This document shows, one piece after another, positions 27,817 through 40,305 of a stretch of DNA of 64,000 bases; positions within the stretch are counted from its first letter, which is position 1; each line of letters opens with the position of its first letter. The stretch spans positions 434,001 through 498,000 of the forward strand of contig NEEC01000025.1 in NCBI GenBank assembly GCA_002189035.1. The letters run 5' to 3'. Position numbers and translations under genes: made by a program. The DNA is from Utricularia gibba. Its lineage: Eukaryota > Plantae > Magnoliophyta. The notes under the pieces were generated by a model. The model was given only the letters and a program-made list of their open reading frames with translations. It searched no databases and was not told where the DNA came from.

Positions 27817-29589
27817 ATGGATTACACGGGAATACGGCATGGAAACTCGACTCGGAAAGTTCTAATTGTCGTTGGGTTAATCGCCATTTTCATCTTCACG
27901 TTTAAGGGATCGCCCACAAGCTCAGTTTCTAACAAAGTAGGACTTCTCATCATCTTTACACTCTTCTTAGAAAGAAGCTTCTTAAGGATTTCTGTTCTGC
28001 TTTTCAACCTGCAGTTTTCTGAGCATGAGGTTGGTGTAACTCATGTTTTGGTTACCGGAGGTGCAGGCTACATAGGATCTCATGCTGCTCTCCGATTGTT
28101 AAACGATTCCTATCGCGTAACCATTGTCGTATGTCTTGATCAAACTGAGAACATTGCACTATTACTTGTATCCTTCGAGTGTAATACATTGTAAGATTTT
28201 ACAGGACAATCTTTCTCGGGGAATATGGGTGCTGTTAAAGTGTTGCAAAGACTTTATCCGGAGCCAGGAAAGCTCCAGTTCATAAAAGCTGATCTTGGAG
28301 ATGCTAAAGCGGTATTCTTGGCTTGGATTCTGTTCTTTTTGTGATAAGCATCATTTTTGGTTCCAATGTCTTATCTGAACTCTATGCATCAGATAAACAA
28401 GATTTTTGCTGCAAATGCTTTTGATGCTGTCATGCATTTTGCTGCTGTTGCCTATGTTGGTGAAAGCACAGCCGAACCACTTCGGTACGCCGGTTTTTCC
28501 CTCTGCCATTCAAGCTACTCTTCATCTCATGCTCCATCATGCTTAATATTTTCAGGTATTACCACAACATTACCTCAAACACCTTGCTGCTTGTGAAAGC
28601 AATGGCAGCTCATGGAGTGAAAACCTTGATATATTCGAGTACTTGTGCAACCTATGGGGAGCCGGAGAAGATGCCTATTACAGAAGAAACTCCCCAGGTG
28701 AGCCAGTATGAAGTTTTTTGCTCTGTTTTCAGCCTCGCTCATCAACTTTCCTCGAACTAGGTTCCAATCAATCCTTATGGGAAAGCTAAGAAAATGGCTG
28801 AGGACATTATAATGGACTTCTCAAAAACATCAGACATGGCCATCATGATTTTAAGGTGGCAGGTCCTTCTCCCTTGCCTGTTTGTAAGCTGAGTTACTGG
28901 TCACATGGTTAATATCTGCTGCCACAAAAAATTGTATCAGATACTTCAATGTCATCGGCTCCGATCCGGGTGGACGGCTGGGTGAAGCCCCAAGACCGGA
29001 GCTCAGAGAACAAGGACGGATATCAGGAGCATGCTTTGATGCAGCAAGAGGAATCATTCAAGGACTCAAGGTACTTAATACTTCCAGTCTAACCATTTTG
29101 AGAAGAAACAAGACCACTTCTCAAGTATTGAGATCATAGATCAGAGGAAGAGATTACAACACTCCTGATGGAACTTGCATTCGAGACTACATCGACGTCA
29201 CCGATCTGATCGACGCCCATGTGAAAGCCTTGTCTCATGCCAAGCCCAAAAAAGTCGGGATCTACAATGTTGGCACAGGAAAAGGTTGGAACAACACTCG
29301 GGTCTTTAGCCAAACAAGGAGATGTCTTTACATATCTTGGATCATTTCATTTGCAGGAAGCTCGGTGAAGGAATTTGTTGAGGCGTGCAAGAAGGCAACT
29401 GGTGTGAACATAAGCATCGAATACCTCGATAGGAGACCAGGAGACTACGCACAAGTATACAGCGACCCATCCAAGATTTGGAATGAGCTCAAGTGGAAAG
29501 CCAAGTATACCAATCTCGAAGAAAGCCTATCAACCGCATGGAAATGGCAGAAAACTCACAGAAATGGATATGATAGCAGCGCCCAGTGA
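27817..29589 (+). CDS. MUR4: UDP-arabinose 4-epimerase (MUR4/UXE), Golgi type II membrane protein; start codon uncertain
   Basis: [93 protein letters not shown]. Confidence 0.92.
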
Positions 29590-30432
29590 AGTGAAGCTTC
29601 AATACGATGATCGGATCAATAAACGAAGTCATAACCATCGATAACGAGGAAGGCCAGGGAGTTGCACTGTATGTGAAAAGTTAGGACTGGACACTGACAA
29701 CTACCGTAGTGCTAGAGCAACACATAACATTGCGATTGAACTCTTTATCCAATAAGAAGGTTCTCACGGAAATAACAGTCAAACCCGACTTTTACTTAAC
29801 TTCCATGGATAAAAAGACGAGTTCTTGGCGCGATATGGATCGCAAGCCCAACATGATTCCCCTAAAATCGAAACTTTCAATTGCAATTGTGCGGTGCCTG
29901 CTACCTTGCTTTTACCCAGACGAAAAGAAGTTGATGTTCGAAGTAAATTTGACAGCGGTGAAAGAAGATGGGAGGGAGACAGGGTATGCAGGAATGCCCA
30001 GGTGGCAAGTCGCTGGAGCGAATTGAAGATATCACACCATCAAGATAGGAGATAGAGATTTTCCTCCTGGAAGCAAGTGCCCCGGTCCAGGAGGAATCCA
30101 GTTCCTCCAGTATCTATTGGACACGTGTCAGGCTAAGCCTGCAGTCCATTTCAACAAGTTTAGGGGGATTGCGTCTTAATTCCAATTCAAGAATTGTTGC
30201 CCGAATGGTGCATTCGTATCTGTTTCTTTCAGCATATTCTTCTTAGAAGAGGTCGATTTTCTTACTTTTCTGGTAGAAGCTTAGCCTGCGAATCGATATG
30301 TAGCTTCTCTTCAATATTGTGTCTGGTTTTTAAAAGAAACCAAGCATTTGCATTGGCATTTGTGTAGATTCCCGTATATGAAGTAGAGGAAAACATGGGA
30401 TCTCAGTGATGCTTTCTGTATGACTTTGTAGA

Positions 30433-32122
30433 ATGTCTGCAATGGATGGTTATGGGCATACAGAGTTAAATGTTGAGTGCCCGCTGCTGCCTTTTCAGAG
30501 ACAGTCTTTTGGGTGAGTGTGCACACTACTTTCCTGCAAAGGGGTGGTGTTGTTTGAACTCAATTTTCATGTTTCTGTACACAGGCTAGAGAATGAGTTG
30601 ATGGAGATATTATGGCAGGATGGGGAGGCGTTTCTTCAAAGCCAATCTCATAGAAAACCAAATGAGCATGTTCCATGGGTTGATGATAACTCTTTTGACT
30701 ATCTAGAGTTGATGTCTGGGATCCCACCATCCCATCTGCCTGAACCCAACAAACTTGCAGATGTGGAGGAGGACTTCAGACTTGCTATTTTCAATCCGAT
30801 TCAATTGCCACTACCAGCAGCAGCTGTTAGTGATAGGGAACAGGGCTTTGTCACTGATTCTTCAGTTATGACAATGGATTTGAGCAATGGATCCAGTTGT
30901 CCAGTGGGAAATGAAGTGAATAAGAGCTCTCGTGGGAAAGGTAGCAATGCTGTACTTGCTGAAGTGGGAGATAACTCTTGTAGGAAAGTGAGCTCTCAGA
31001 TCAATGACATTGGAAAGGAGATGACTGAACCGGAAAATGCTTCTTTTAGAGGATCCGCAAGTGAGGATAACAAAAGTAGCAAGAGAAAGATCAGGGATGT
31101 GGACGAATCTGCATCTCCAAGTGAAGTATGCCACTTACTTTGATACTCTGTTTTTACTCGTACTTACTTATTAGGCTCGAGTCACAGCTTCTGCACTGCA
31201 GGATTGTCAAATGGAATCGTCCGGTGGAAAAAACCGATCACCCCAGAAATCCATACGCCGGAGCCGTGTTGCTGAGGTGCATAACCTGTCAGAGAGGGTA
31301 GGAAATGATACTAGGACCATTTTGAGTCCTCCTAATTTTATTGTTTTTTGCTATCTCTTCTTGTGAACTTTGCATCTGTATCCTACGCAGAGACGGAGGG
31401 ACCGGATCAATGAAAAGATGCGTGCTTTACAGAAGCTTATCCCTCACTCCCATAAGGTAAATCTCTCTAATAATGATGCCAATGTCAAGATTAAACCTTG
31501 TCCACAAGCTTGAGAACTCCATGTTTCCTGATATTTTGTTTTGTATCCCAATTTTCAGTCAGACAAAGCATCCATGTTGGATGATGCAATTAAATACATG
31601 AAGTCACTGCAATCGCAACTTCAGGTAGTAACTTCTCACAAATTTATGGTAAAAAACATGAAGTTTTTATCTTCTGTTGATGCTGATGCTGCTAGTGGTG
31701 GATGGGAAACGGAATGGCGCAAACGAGGATGCTGCAGCAACTCTACCATTCTGGGATAGGGATGAGGCCTCCGGCACTTCCTTCAATGCAAAACCTCGTA
31801 TATCTCTCAGGGCTTCCCCTTGTTGGTCAAGCCATGAACCCCATGCCGCCGCCTTTTGGCCATGGCTTTCTGTTGGATCCTTTCAGTTCCCAAAACCAGA
31901 TGCCACCCGAGAGAAAGTCTGAACCCAGAGGAGTCCATTTTGTGCCATATGCACAGGTTTGTTACATCAATGTGATGTGTTTCTTCAGTTTTCATGTTCT
32001 CTGATGACAAGAGAGCGGTTCTTGGCTTCTTCAACAGTCACTGGATGCAGCCGGTTTCAGTTCTCATGCAGCTCAAGCAAATCATGTATCAGCACACCCA
32101 CATACCGGCAACAGCCAGATGA
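30433..32122 (+). CDS. PIF4/PIF5-like bHLH transcription factor (3' end approximate)
   Basis: Exon 1 MSAMD...FQRQSFG spliced to the APB-like LENELMEILWQDGE; bHLH RRSRVAEVHNLSER|RRRDRINEKMRALQKLIPHSHK|SDKASMLDDAIKYMKSLQSQLQ, then WWMGNGM. The last exon and stop were not resolved with certainty. Confidence 0.8.
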
Positions 32123-32899
32123 ATCTATAACAGGTAGGCAATCTAACTTCATTCAAGCAGATTGTACTGTTTATTTCCATTCCTATTCCCTGAAGCACAA
32201 ATACATGATAATGCAGCTGCACCAATTACGGTGGCAAAAAACATATTTAGCAATCTCAGGTCGCTGGGACACGGATCAGTACAATTTGGTGTAGGGGGGA
32301 CGTGGTGCTTATCATATCTCTCCCTTTTTTGGTGAACAAACAACTGCTACTTGCGATGCCGCTGTCATAGCTATCGAAATAACTGGTTCAGAGAAATTGT
32401 TTATCAACGCATGTTTAGGCAATAAGGCAACTTGTGTAGAGGGAAGGTGGTGCTGTTCTTTTGCAGTAGTGTACTTTCAGAAATTGGTTGGTTTTAAACT
32501 GGATTTTTGGAACTTCATTCCTGAAAACAGAGGTTCCCTATGAGGTTTCCAGTCAGTGCTAAAAGCAAAAAATATAGGAAAAACCTGAGATGGGGTTTTT
32601 ATCATAAGCTCTGGCTTCTCAGTTGAATGCCAGAGTGAATAGAAGCAAATTTGTATAAGCACAAGGGAGAACACAATGTAATATACAACCAAGCAGAAGT
32701 TCAATGACAAATAGATGGGTTCATATAGGGACACTCCAGAGTAGAGATATCTTCCAAACCAGAGGTGTGCCATCTATACATGCTCTTTATTCTCAATCGA
32801 TGAAATGAAATCACATGTACCAACATGATGCTCTAATCACTCGATCGCGAAACCTTGGAGTTTCCGCAATGCACTCAGAGCAATAAGTGTGCCAACAAG

Positions 32900-35761
32900 C
32901 TACATACGTGATATCAGTAATGGAACTGAACTTGTAGCATCTTCCCCTGTGAAGAAGTCCAACTCCCCATACCGTTCGAGGACCCGCATTCTGCAGTCCT
33001 CAGCAGCCTGTGTACCTGTCGAATATGCTCCATGTACCGATCCTGTATAAGCAGAGCTTGTAGCTTCTCCAGCGAAGAATAAGTTGTCAACAGGGACCCT
33101 CATCCTTTCAAACAGATCATGTGGTTGTCCAACAAGGTCATAGCTGTATGAACCAAGAGAGTTCTCGTCGGTGCCCCAGTGAGAAACCAAGTATTGAACC
33201 TGTTCATGCATTAATGTAAGAATACATAAAAATCTATGATTCTCCAGAAAAAATGAAACCAATAAAAAGCGGCCAATTAATATGATGAAATGATAGGGAA
33301 AGAGGAAAATAGAAGGCATACCGGTTCAGAGGACTCAGGAAGGATTCTTTTAAGTTGTGTGAAAGCAACATTAGCAGCAGCTTCATCAGACATTTTCTCA
33401 ATGTCACGCGCAAGTTTCCCAGCAGGCATATAAACAAGGACAGGGTGGCCAGTGGCCTTGTGCAAATTCAGAAAGTAGCTACACCCATAAGAAGTCTCCG
33501 CAACAACGCCCAAGAACTCCACGTTTGGCCAAAAGACTCTGTCGAAGTGCAAAATTATTTTATTTTCAATGCCAACACCAATGCTCTTAATTGCTTCTTC
33601 TTTCCATTCAGGGAGCCTTGGTTCGAAACGGATGGTATTTGATTTCAGGACACCAAGAGGAACGGCAATCACAGCAGCATCTGCTGCAAATGTTCTCCCA
33701 TCTTGAATGGATACCTTCACCCCGTTATACTTCCTCGTAATTTTTGTCACTCTGAGCAACATGCAGAAAACATAAGAAAAAAGAGAATTCGGAGAATTGA
33801 GGCATATAAGTGAAACGCTAATTAAGCAAGAGAGGGAGAATCAACTCTCACCTGTGGCTCAAGCGGATATCGAGACCCTTTGCCAAAGTGTTAATTACAG
33901 GGGTGTAACCCCTTACCATGAGTCCATGTCCACCGGGAAGCAAGACTTCCTAAATAAAACACAAAAATGAAACATGAAATAGTGTCAGTATTGTTTACAC
34001 GGTAGAAACAGGTTATAAATGGATCACGAAACATAACATTCTTAGCTAGCACTAAGCTAGTAAAAACTTCCACAGTATCTTATCGAGTACTTATTTCAAA
34101 AAATGAATAACAGGTCCATGCCACCAGAGATCAAGTATTAGAGACGAGAAGATTCAACCTGATCCCAGCCCCTTACAGAAATGGTGTCAGCATCTGCAGC
34201 AAACCAGCCTTCCATCCGGCATAGGTACCATTGCAACACCTTGTTTTCGAGTCCCTCCAACCTAAAAAAAACCACCCATGAGCATCATATAAAGATGAAA
34301 GTACTCTTGGAAAACTCAGTGTGCGATGGAAAACCTGAGATCTGGGTTCCGTTCCAACACAATAGAGATTGCACGTTCTATCGACATGTCCTTGGTAAAT
34401 TCCTGTCTCACAACGTTTGTCTGAAAAAAAAAAGAACAAAAATAATTTTTTTCACAAAAACTGGAGCACAAGATACATATGAACTCTCCCGAATGTGGGT
34501 ACAATGCAATGATGCTAACAAACAAATGTAAGCATAACCAATAATAGACATGCCTCTTCCAAGATTCTTTCAAATGTTTCGCCAACCCTTGTGACTAACT
34601 CTTGAGGTACTTGATTTCCTTCCATGTCAAAAAGAGCATAACTACAAAAGTGTTATTTCATAAGTCACAAAAATAACATGATTGTGAAGAAAAACAAAAA
34701 GGAAGGATCCTGAATCTATTTTTTTCGAATAAAAAATACAAAAATTTGCAGTGATACTTTCATCAGGAGTTTCGTAATTCCTGAAGCAACGAACCTTTCT
34801 AAATCATGGTCATACAACACAGAATTGTCCCCGCTAGTTCGGTAAAGAGGCAGCCCCAGTTTTCCTATAATTGGAGCCAAAGGATTTTCCTTGCAAACAC
34901 CATGTAACCTTACCAACATTTTTAAATCAGTAACATTAGAACACCATCAGAGAAAGGATTTACTCATACGAACACAAAACTCACCATGATGCCCCCAAAT
35001 CAACAGGGAAACCAAACGAGTAGTCAGTATGAACTCGACCACCAATCCTGTCCCTGGACTCCAGCACGGTAACCTGCAAAATAACTCATTTCGTCACAAA
35101 TATTCACATGGCTTTCCTTAATAATATTACATACAAGTATGTACATACTTGAATAGATGCATCATGAAGAGCTCGTGCAGCAGCAATTCCAGCGATACCA
35201 GCACCTATGACGATGACAGAAGGCGTGGTTGTTCCTTTCCTCTGACTTGAGTAGCAAAAATCTTCAACAAAATAACCAAATTAGTTATAACCATAGAGGT
35301 CAAAGAGTGTTACTTTCTTTTTCCACCCGCAGTTACAAGAAAAACTGTCGTCCACCCACGAAAAAAGTTATTATAGACGATAAGAATATGACGACCTAAA
35401 TAAAAACATATGAGGCACAGGTGCAGGTACGCCTATTCTGGTGTGAGGCGCTTCGTTTCTAGAAGCAATCGTAGCCATGCGATACAAAATAATTCTAAAC
35501 TACCGAAATAAAAAGGCAAGCAACAAAAATATCCCAAAACCAGTTTAAAAAAACAACTTTTACGAAAAAAGAGGACAAGCGGAGACGGGAGATATTGCGA
35601 TTTCCAGATTTTGAGTGGGCTTTATGATTTGACGCAGCGACATCGCGCACTTCAATCAATAAACTTAGTGGCTGTAAATCATGCACGGAAACGTGAATTA
35701 TCATCATCTATCACCCACCTGCTTCCAACTGTCGACTACTCTTGTTGTTCCTTGGCTCCAT
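32900..35761 (-). CDS. PAO2: Peroxisomal polyamine oxidase (PAO2/PAO3-like)
   Basis: [14 protein letters not shown]|...[23 protein letters not shown] (FAD-binding), [38 protein letters not shown]-terminal PLLISRM* (PTS1 tripeptide SRM). Confidence 0.93.
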
Positions 35762-37568
35762 AACTGAACGAATATCGAGGAGCGCGATCGTTTAACAGAA
35801 ACGATGGACTTATCGATCAACCTCAGTATGGATAAAAACTCCGATAATCTCAAGAGCAAGAGGAACAACCTCAGTATCGATATCAACCTTAATGTCGATA
35901 TACAGATGTTGGTATTCAAGAACCCAACCAAAGAAGCGACGAAAAGAATGGGATTTTTTGAAGAAATCTCCAGTTTTACCAACCCGGTCATGCGTCTTAA
36001 GAATCAGCGCACTTTCCCGAATTGAAATCTCACCCCCTTCCCCTCCCTCAACGGAAATGCGACGCAGAAGAAGGCAACAACAGTGATAAAAATCCGGGTT
36101 GGAATTACAAAAACCGACCGATTAGCTCCCTAATATACCGATATCCGAGTGCATTTTCTTTCCAGCGATTCCTTTCCCACCGGAGAAGATCCCTAGGAAG
36201 AAACGAAATTGAATAGGGATTTATGGAAGGCGGATTGGGGGAAGCTCCCGTCCCGTATGATTAGGACGTGTGACAGCCAACACAACCACTGTGGCTTCCC
36301 TGGACCACCACCGCACCGCAATTCACCAAACCTCTTTTGTTTTTATTCGCTCCTGGCGTGAACCACGTGACCCAACAACGGAACACCATACTTTTTTATT
36401 ACAATGAATCCACCCATCGCTGTCGCACAACTCCACCACAACTTCTCCATCCACTTTTTCCGTGTTGGGCTTTACCTTTTTAGCCCAATACGGAATTATT
36501 GGGCCCATGATGGGCTGGACTTGAATCAACCTCCAAGCTCCTAACCGTCGATGAAGGCGGGCATCAACTGCTAGGCCAAGCCCAGTGTCATTACGCTTTG
36601 GCTGGCCTGCGAGGTTTGTTTACACAGAGAAAACCCTGAAACAGTAAAGCGACTTGAAATCGTGAAAAAACCCAAAACAAGATTTTTACAATTTGTAAAG
36701 GACTTTCTGGAAAAAAAAAAATTATAGCGCCCTCTTGAAATGCTCAAAATAAGTGGTTGAGCAAAAAATTATTGGCTTCATAAAGATGGCTAGAAAGAAA
36801 CCTCAAAGACAGCCTCGAAACATATGCATGAAGACCCTTCGTGATCAATTCTTGAGGGGGTGGTGGCTTCACTGAGACCAGTCCTGGAACAGGAAACTTG
36901 AAACTATTTCCAAATGAAGAAACAGTGGACTCCTTAGGCATGGAGATACTATGCAAAGCTTAGGAAATAGAAAAGCGTATATTCCATGAAGTCCAAGAGC
37001 CCACCAAGAAACTGCTATAATCAATGGCAAAAAATACCATTTGTCAGAGTTTGAAACATAGGCCCAGTCCAAGAAACCACTATCATCAACGGTTTCTTTA
37101 GGTGAGGCAATTGAAGAAACAAACGGTGTCGGTCAGATAAAAAAAAAAAACAAGCCGACTGCAAAACCGAGATCATAAGAAAGCTTCTCAATCTGCGCCG
37201 GAAAGCTGCCATGACTATTTAACTCGGAAGGAAACACAGAATCTCACCAACATTGTGACGTAGATGGCACCCGACCGTGGCGTCATCTGTCGGTAACCTC
37301 GCCGGAGTAAACAATCATGCGCCGTGACCAGTCCCCATCTTTTAAGGGGCCCCCTTTGGCCTTTAGCAATCATTCATGAGAGAACTTTGATTTGCACATT
37401 AAACCCGACGAAAATAAACCCGCAACCTACCGGATTCCAACACCCACAAAGAAACGCACCTCAGATTTCACCATTAATTCCAAGCAAACCTAGAGCATCC
37501 ATGCTTCATACCTGCATTATGTGGAGGTGAAAGATGAACGACTTTGTTTTGCGGGATTCAGTAACGCG

Positions 37569-37585
37569 CACGTGTCACGCACGTG
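37569..37585. promoter_or_regulatory. Two tandem G-boxes (CACGTG) about 100 bp upstream of the FLA start
   Basis: CACGTG at 37569-37574 and 37580-37585. Confidence 0.5.
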
Positions 37586-37674
37586 ATCTCGTCTGATTTT
37601 TCGCTTTTTATTTCGAGAGCGCGCAGTAGCCCCTTCCCCCACAAACAAACACCCCACCTCCAATTGGTAGGCAA

Positions 37675-38852
37675 ATGGAGGCCAGGGTCTTCTCGTTCAT
37701 CATCGGCATCCTCCTCTTCGCCGCCGCCGACACCGCCTGTGCTCACAACATCACCCGTATCCTCGCCGCACATCCCACCCTCTCCACCTTCAACCACTAC
37801 CTCACCGTCACGCACCTCGCCGCGGAGATTAACCGCCGCCGCACCATCACCGTCTGCGTCGTCAACAATGACGCCATGGCCGAGCTTCTAGACAAGCACT
37901 ACACGCTCCCCACCATCAGAAACATCCTATCGCTTCACATCTTCGCTGATTACTTCGGCTCCAAGAAGCTCCACCAGGTCTCCAAGGGCAGGACCACCAC
38001 CTCCTCCCTTTTCCAGGCACCGGCGAAGCCTCAGGAACCTCCGGATACGTTACCATCACGGATATGAAAGGTGGAAAAGTTGGATTCACCCCTGTAGACA
38101 GCGATTCCAACCAGCCGGTGGCCACATTCGTTAAATCTATTCACGAATTGGCCTACGATCTCGCCGTTATACAGATCAATCATATTTTGACCTCCCCTGA
38201 AGCCGAAGCTCCGACGGCAGGTCCGGGAGATTTAAATGTGACCACCATCATGTCGAAACAGGGTTGCAAAGAATTCTCCGATCTGATCACCGAGCAAGGA
38301 GTTGAAGAAACATTCACGCAGAACCTCCAAGGCGGCCTAACAATTTTCTGCCCTTCCGGTGAAACTCTCAAAGACTTTATGCCCAAGTACAAAAATCTCA
38401 GCGCCGATAACAAAACTGCCCTTCTCCTTTACCACGGCATTCCCATTTACAACTCTTTAGGAATGCTGAGATCCAGCAACGGCCTCATAAGTACGTTGGC
38501 CACAGAGGGAGTCAAGAAGTATGATTTCACCGTTCATACCGACGGCGATGACGTCAAGATAAAGACGAAGGTGGTGACGGCGACCATAACAGCCACATTG
38601 ATTGACGAAGATCCCCTCGCGGTGTTCAAAATCAACAAAGTTCTGCAGCCGACTGAGCTATTCAAGGCTGCCCCTGGGCCGAAATCCGCGAAATCGTCTT
38701 TCGACGATGACTCGGCCGATGGCCCGAGCTCCGATGACGAGGACGATACGTCGGCGGATTCGACCAGCGATGGTGGAGTTTCCCTCCTCCGCCGTTGGCT
38801 TTTCACGGCGTTGTTCACTTCAGTCCTTGTCACTCTTCTCTCCCCATTGTGA
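37675..38852 (+). CDS. FLA2: Fasciclin-like arabinogalactan protein (FLA1/FLA2 group), signal peptide, two FAS1 domains, GPI signal; one apparent frameshift at about 38018
   Basis: AHNITRILAAHPTLSTFNHYLTVTHLAAEINRRRTITV...DYFGSKKLHQ. Adding one base gives FQATGEASGTSGYVTITDMKGGKVGF, then GGLTIFCP, LLYHGIP and a hydrophobic C-terminus. Confidence 0.9.
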
Positions 38853-39584
38853 TATACTTTCCTTCACTCTCTCTCCCTTGTCTGTGATGGTGGTGTGCAT
38901 CATACAAAATACATGAATTGAAAAAAGATTGTACCTTATATTTCGTTCCCATTGCTGTTGATTGGCTGTAATAATAATGATTCTTAAATTAGGGAAATTG
39001 GTAGAATCGGGATTCAAACCCTGACTTACTCACAGAGTACAACAACAATGCAAATATCGTAACCGTCATTGAGCAGAGAAAACAAGAGGCGAGGGAAATA
39101 AATGTGTCGAGCTCAACCCACTACACGGCCGTGTAACCGTCGCTGGCAAAACCAAAAAAATCTAGGTTTCTTGTCGGCCATGTGCAAACATCGTAAACAG
39201 AGGACTGAAGATCATATCCCGAATTTCTCAGAAAAAAAAAAAGAGAATGAAAACCGCAAATATTTCACACAATGAGGAACCGGAATGGAGAAAATTAACA
39301 ACGGCAGTTCGTAGAAACTGCTCCTTATTACGCACAAAATCCGACCCTGAGACATTGAATCAGCGAAAATTTAAACCAAGAACAGTAGAGTAGTGAAATT
39401 CAGGAAGATGCGATCGAATCAGAGCGATGACCCGAAAATCCGTGAGGAACTGCGGAAGCATTCAACCAAAAGGAACCGGAACACAACCTCACCTGTGAAA
39501 GCCGGCGAATCTCACTTTACCCGTGAAAAACCCCCAGTAGAAAATGAGGCATAAAGGGAGGCGAATGCGCGCGTCCCTTCATTT

Positions 39585-39692
39585 TTTATATAGTAGCGGA
39601 AGTGGGGCCCGCACTTGATAATTGGGCCTCGGATCCAATTAGAGTGGGCTGAAATACAAAGCTACAGCCTTGAACCCACTACTTAGTGGGCT
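39585..39692 (-). promoter_or_regulatory. Orphan promoter-like cluster (TATATAAA on minus strand plus site II TGGGCY motifs)
   Basis: Minus-strand TATATAAA at 39585-39592; TGGGCC 39623, TGGGCT 39645 and 39687, GGGGCCC 39604. No annotated gene 5' end is nearby. Confidence 0.5.
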
Positions 39693-40305
39693 GAATGCCG
39701 TTTGACATCGATGCGATATTTTTTAGATGATAGATTGGTCTCTTAGTCTTATTCGTTTCTAATATTTGTAAAATTACAATAATAATTCTCACTGTTTGAA
39801 TATTATTTTTATTATTTCAACACAATGACAAAATTGATCTTCATTATTTAATATATATCAATTTAATATAAATAATTCTCATTACTTGAAATAATTGACA
39901 TTTTTAGTTTTTAATTATTTAAATATTCAAAATATACAAACAAGCCATTGTGTATTTGCGTTTCTAGAAATCCCAACCACTACCAACTGCCACGCTTTAT
40001 TTTATTTTATTTGTCGGCATCTACCAAGTTTTATTATTATTATTTTTAATTAAAAATGAATTCAATGTTACATTTTTGTACTATTTTTTCTTTATTACAA
40101 CAATGACTGCATACTATTAAAGCAGGTAGGAAACTTCTATAATTAAATATTTTTGCATACCTTTCCACATGATGCATTGGGGGCGATTGTAACGTTTGAC
40201 AATAAATAAAAATGGCAAGTTTAAATTTATTAATATAAAACTATTAAACAAAATGGGAAAATTACAAGTTTTTTTTTATGCACAGATGTTACATTACATG
40301 AGGAG

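Noticed and set aside
27770-27817. GRAR-like N-terminal MUR4 motif upstream of the MDY start in another frame (possible seventh frameshift)
   Set aside because: It would need two separate one-base corrections or an unseen exon to reach an ATG, which is too speculative. The shorter MDY start is plausible.
37040-37095. Short C/D-like pair (TTGATGA...CTGA) on the minus strand
   Set aside because: Only about 46 nt between the boxes and just 8 nt of recalled rRNA complementarity.
39100-39240. H/ACA snoRNA (ACAAGA H-box and ACA-TTT about 64 nt apart on the minus strand)
   Set aside because: I could not build convincing lower stems for either hairpin by eye, so it is left as an untested possibility within the orphan-transcript finding.
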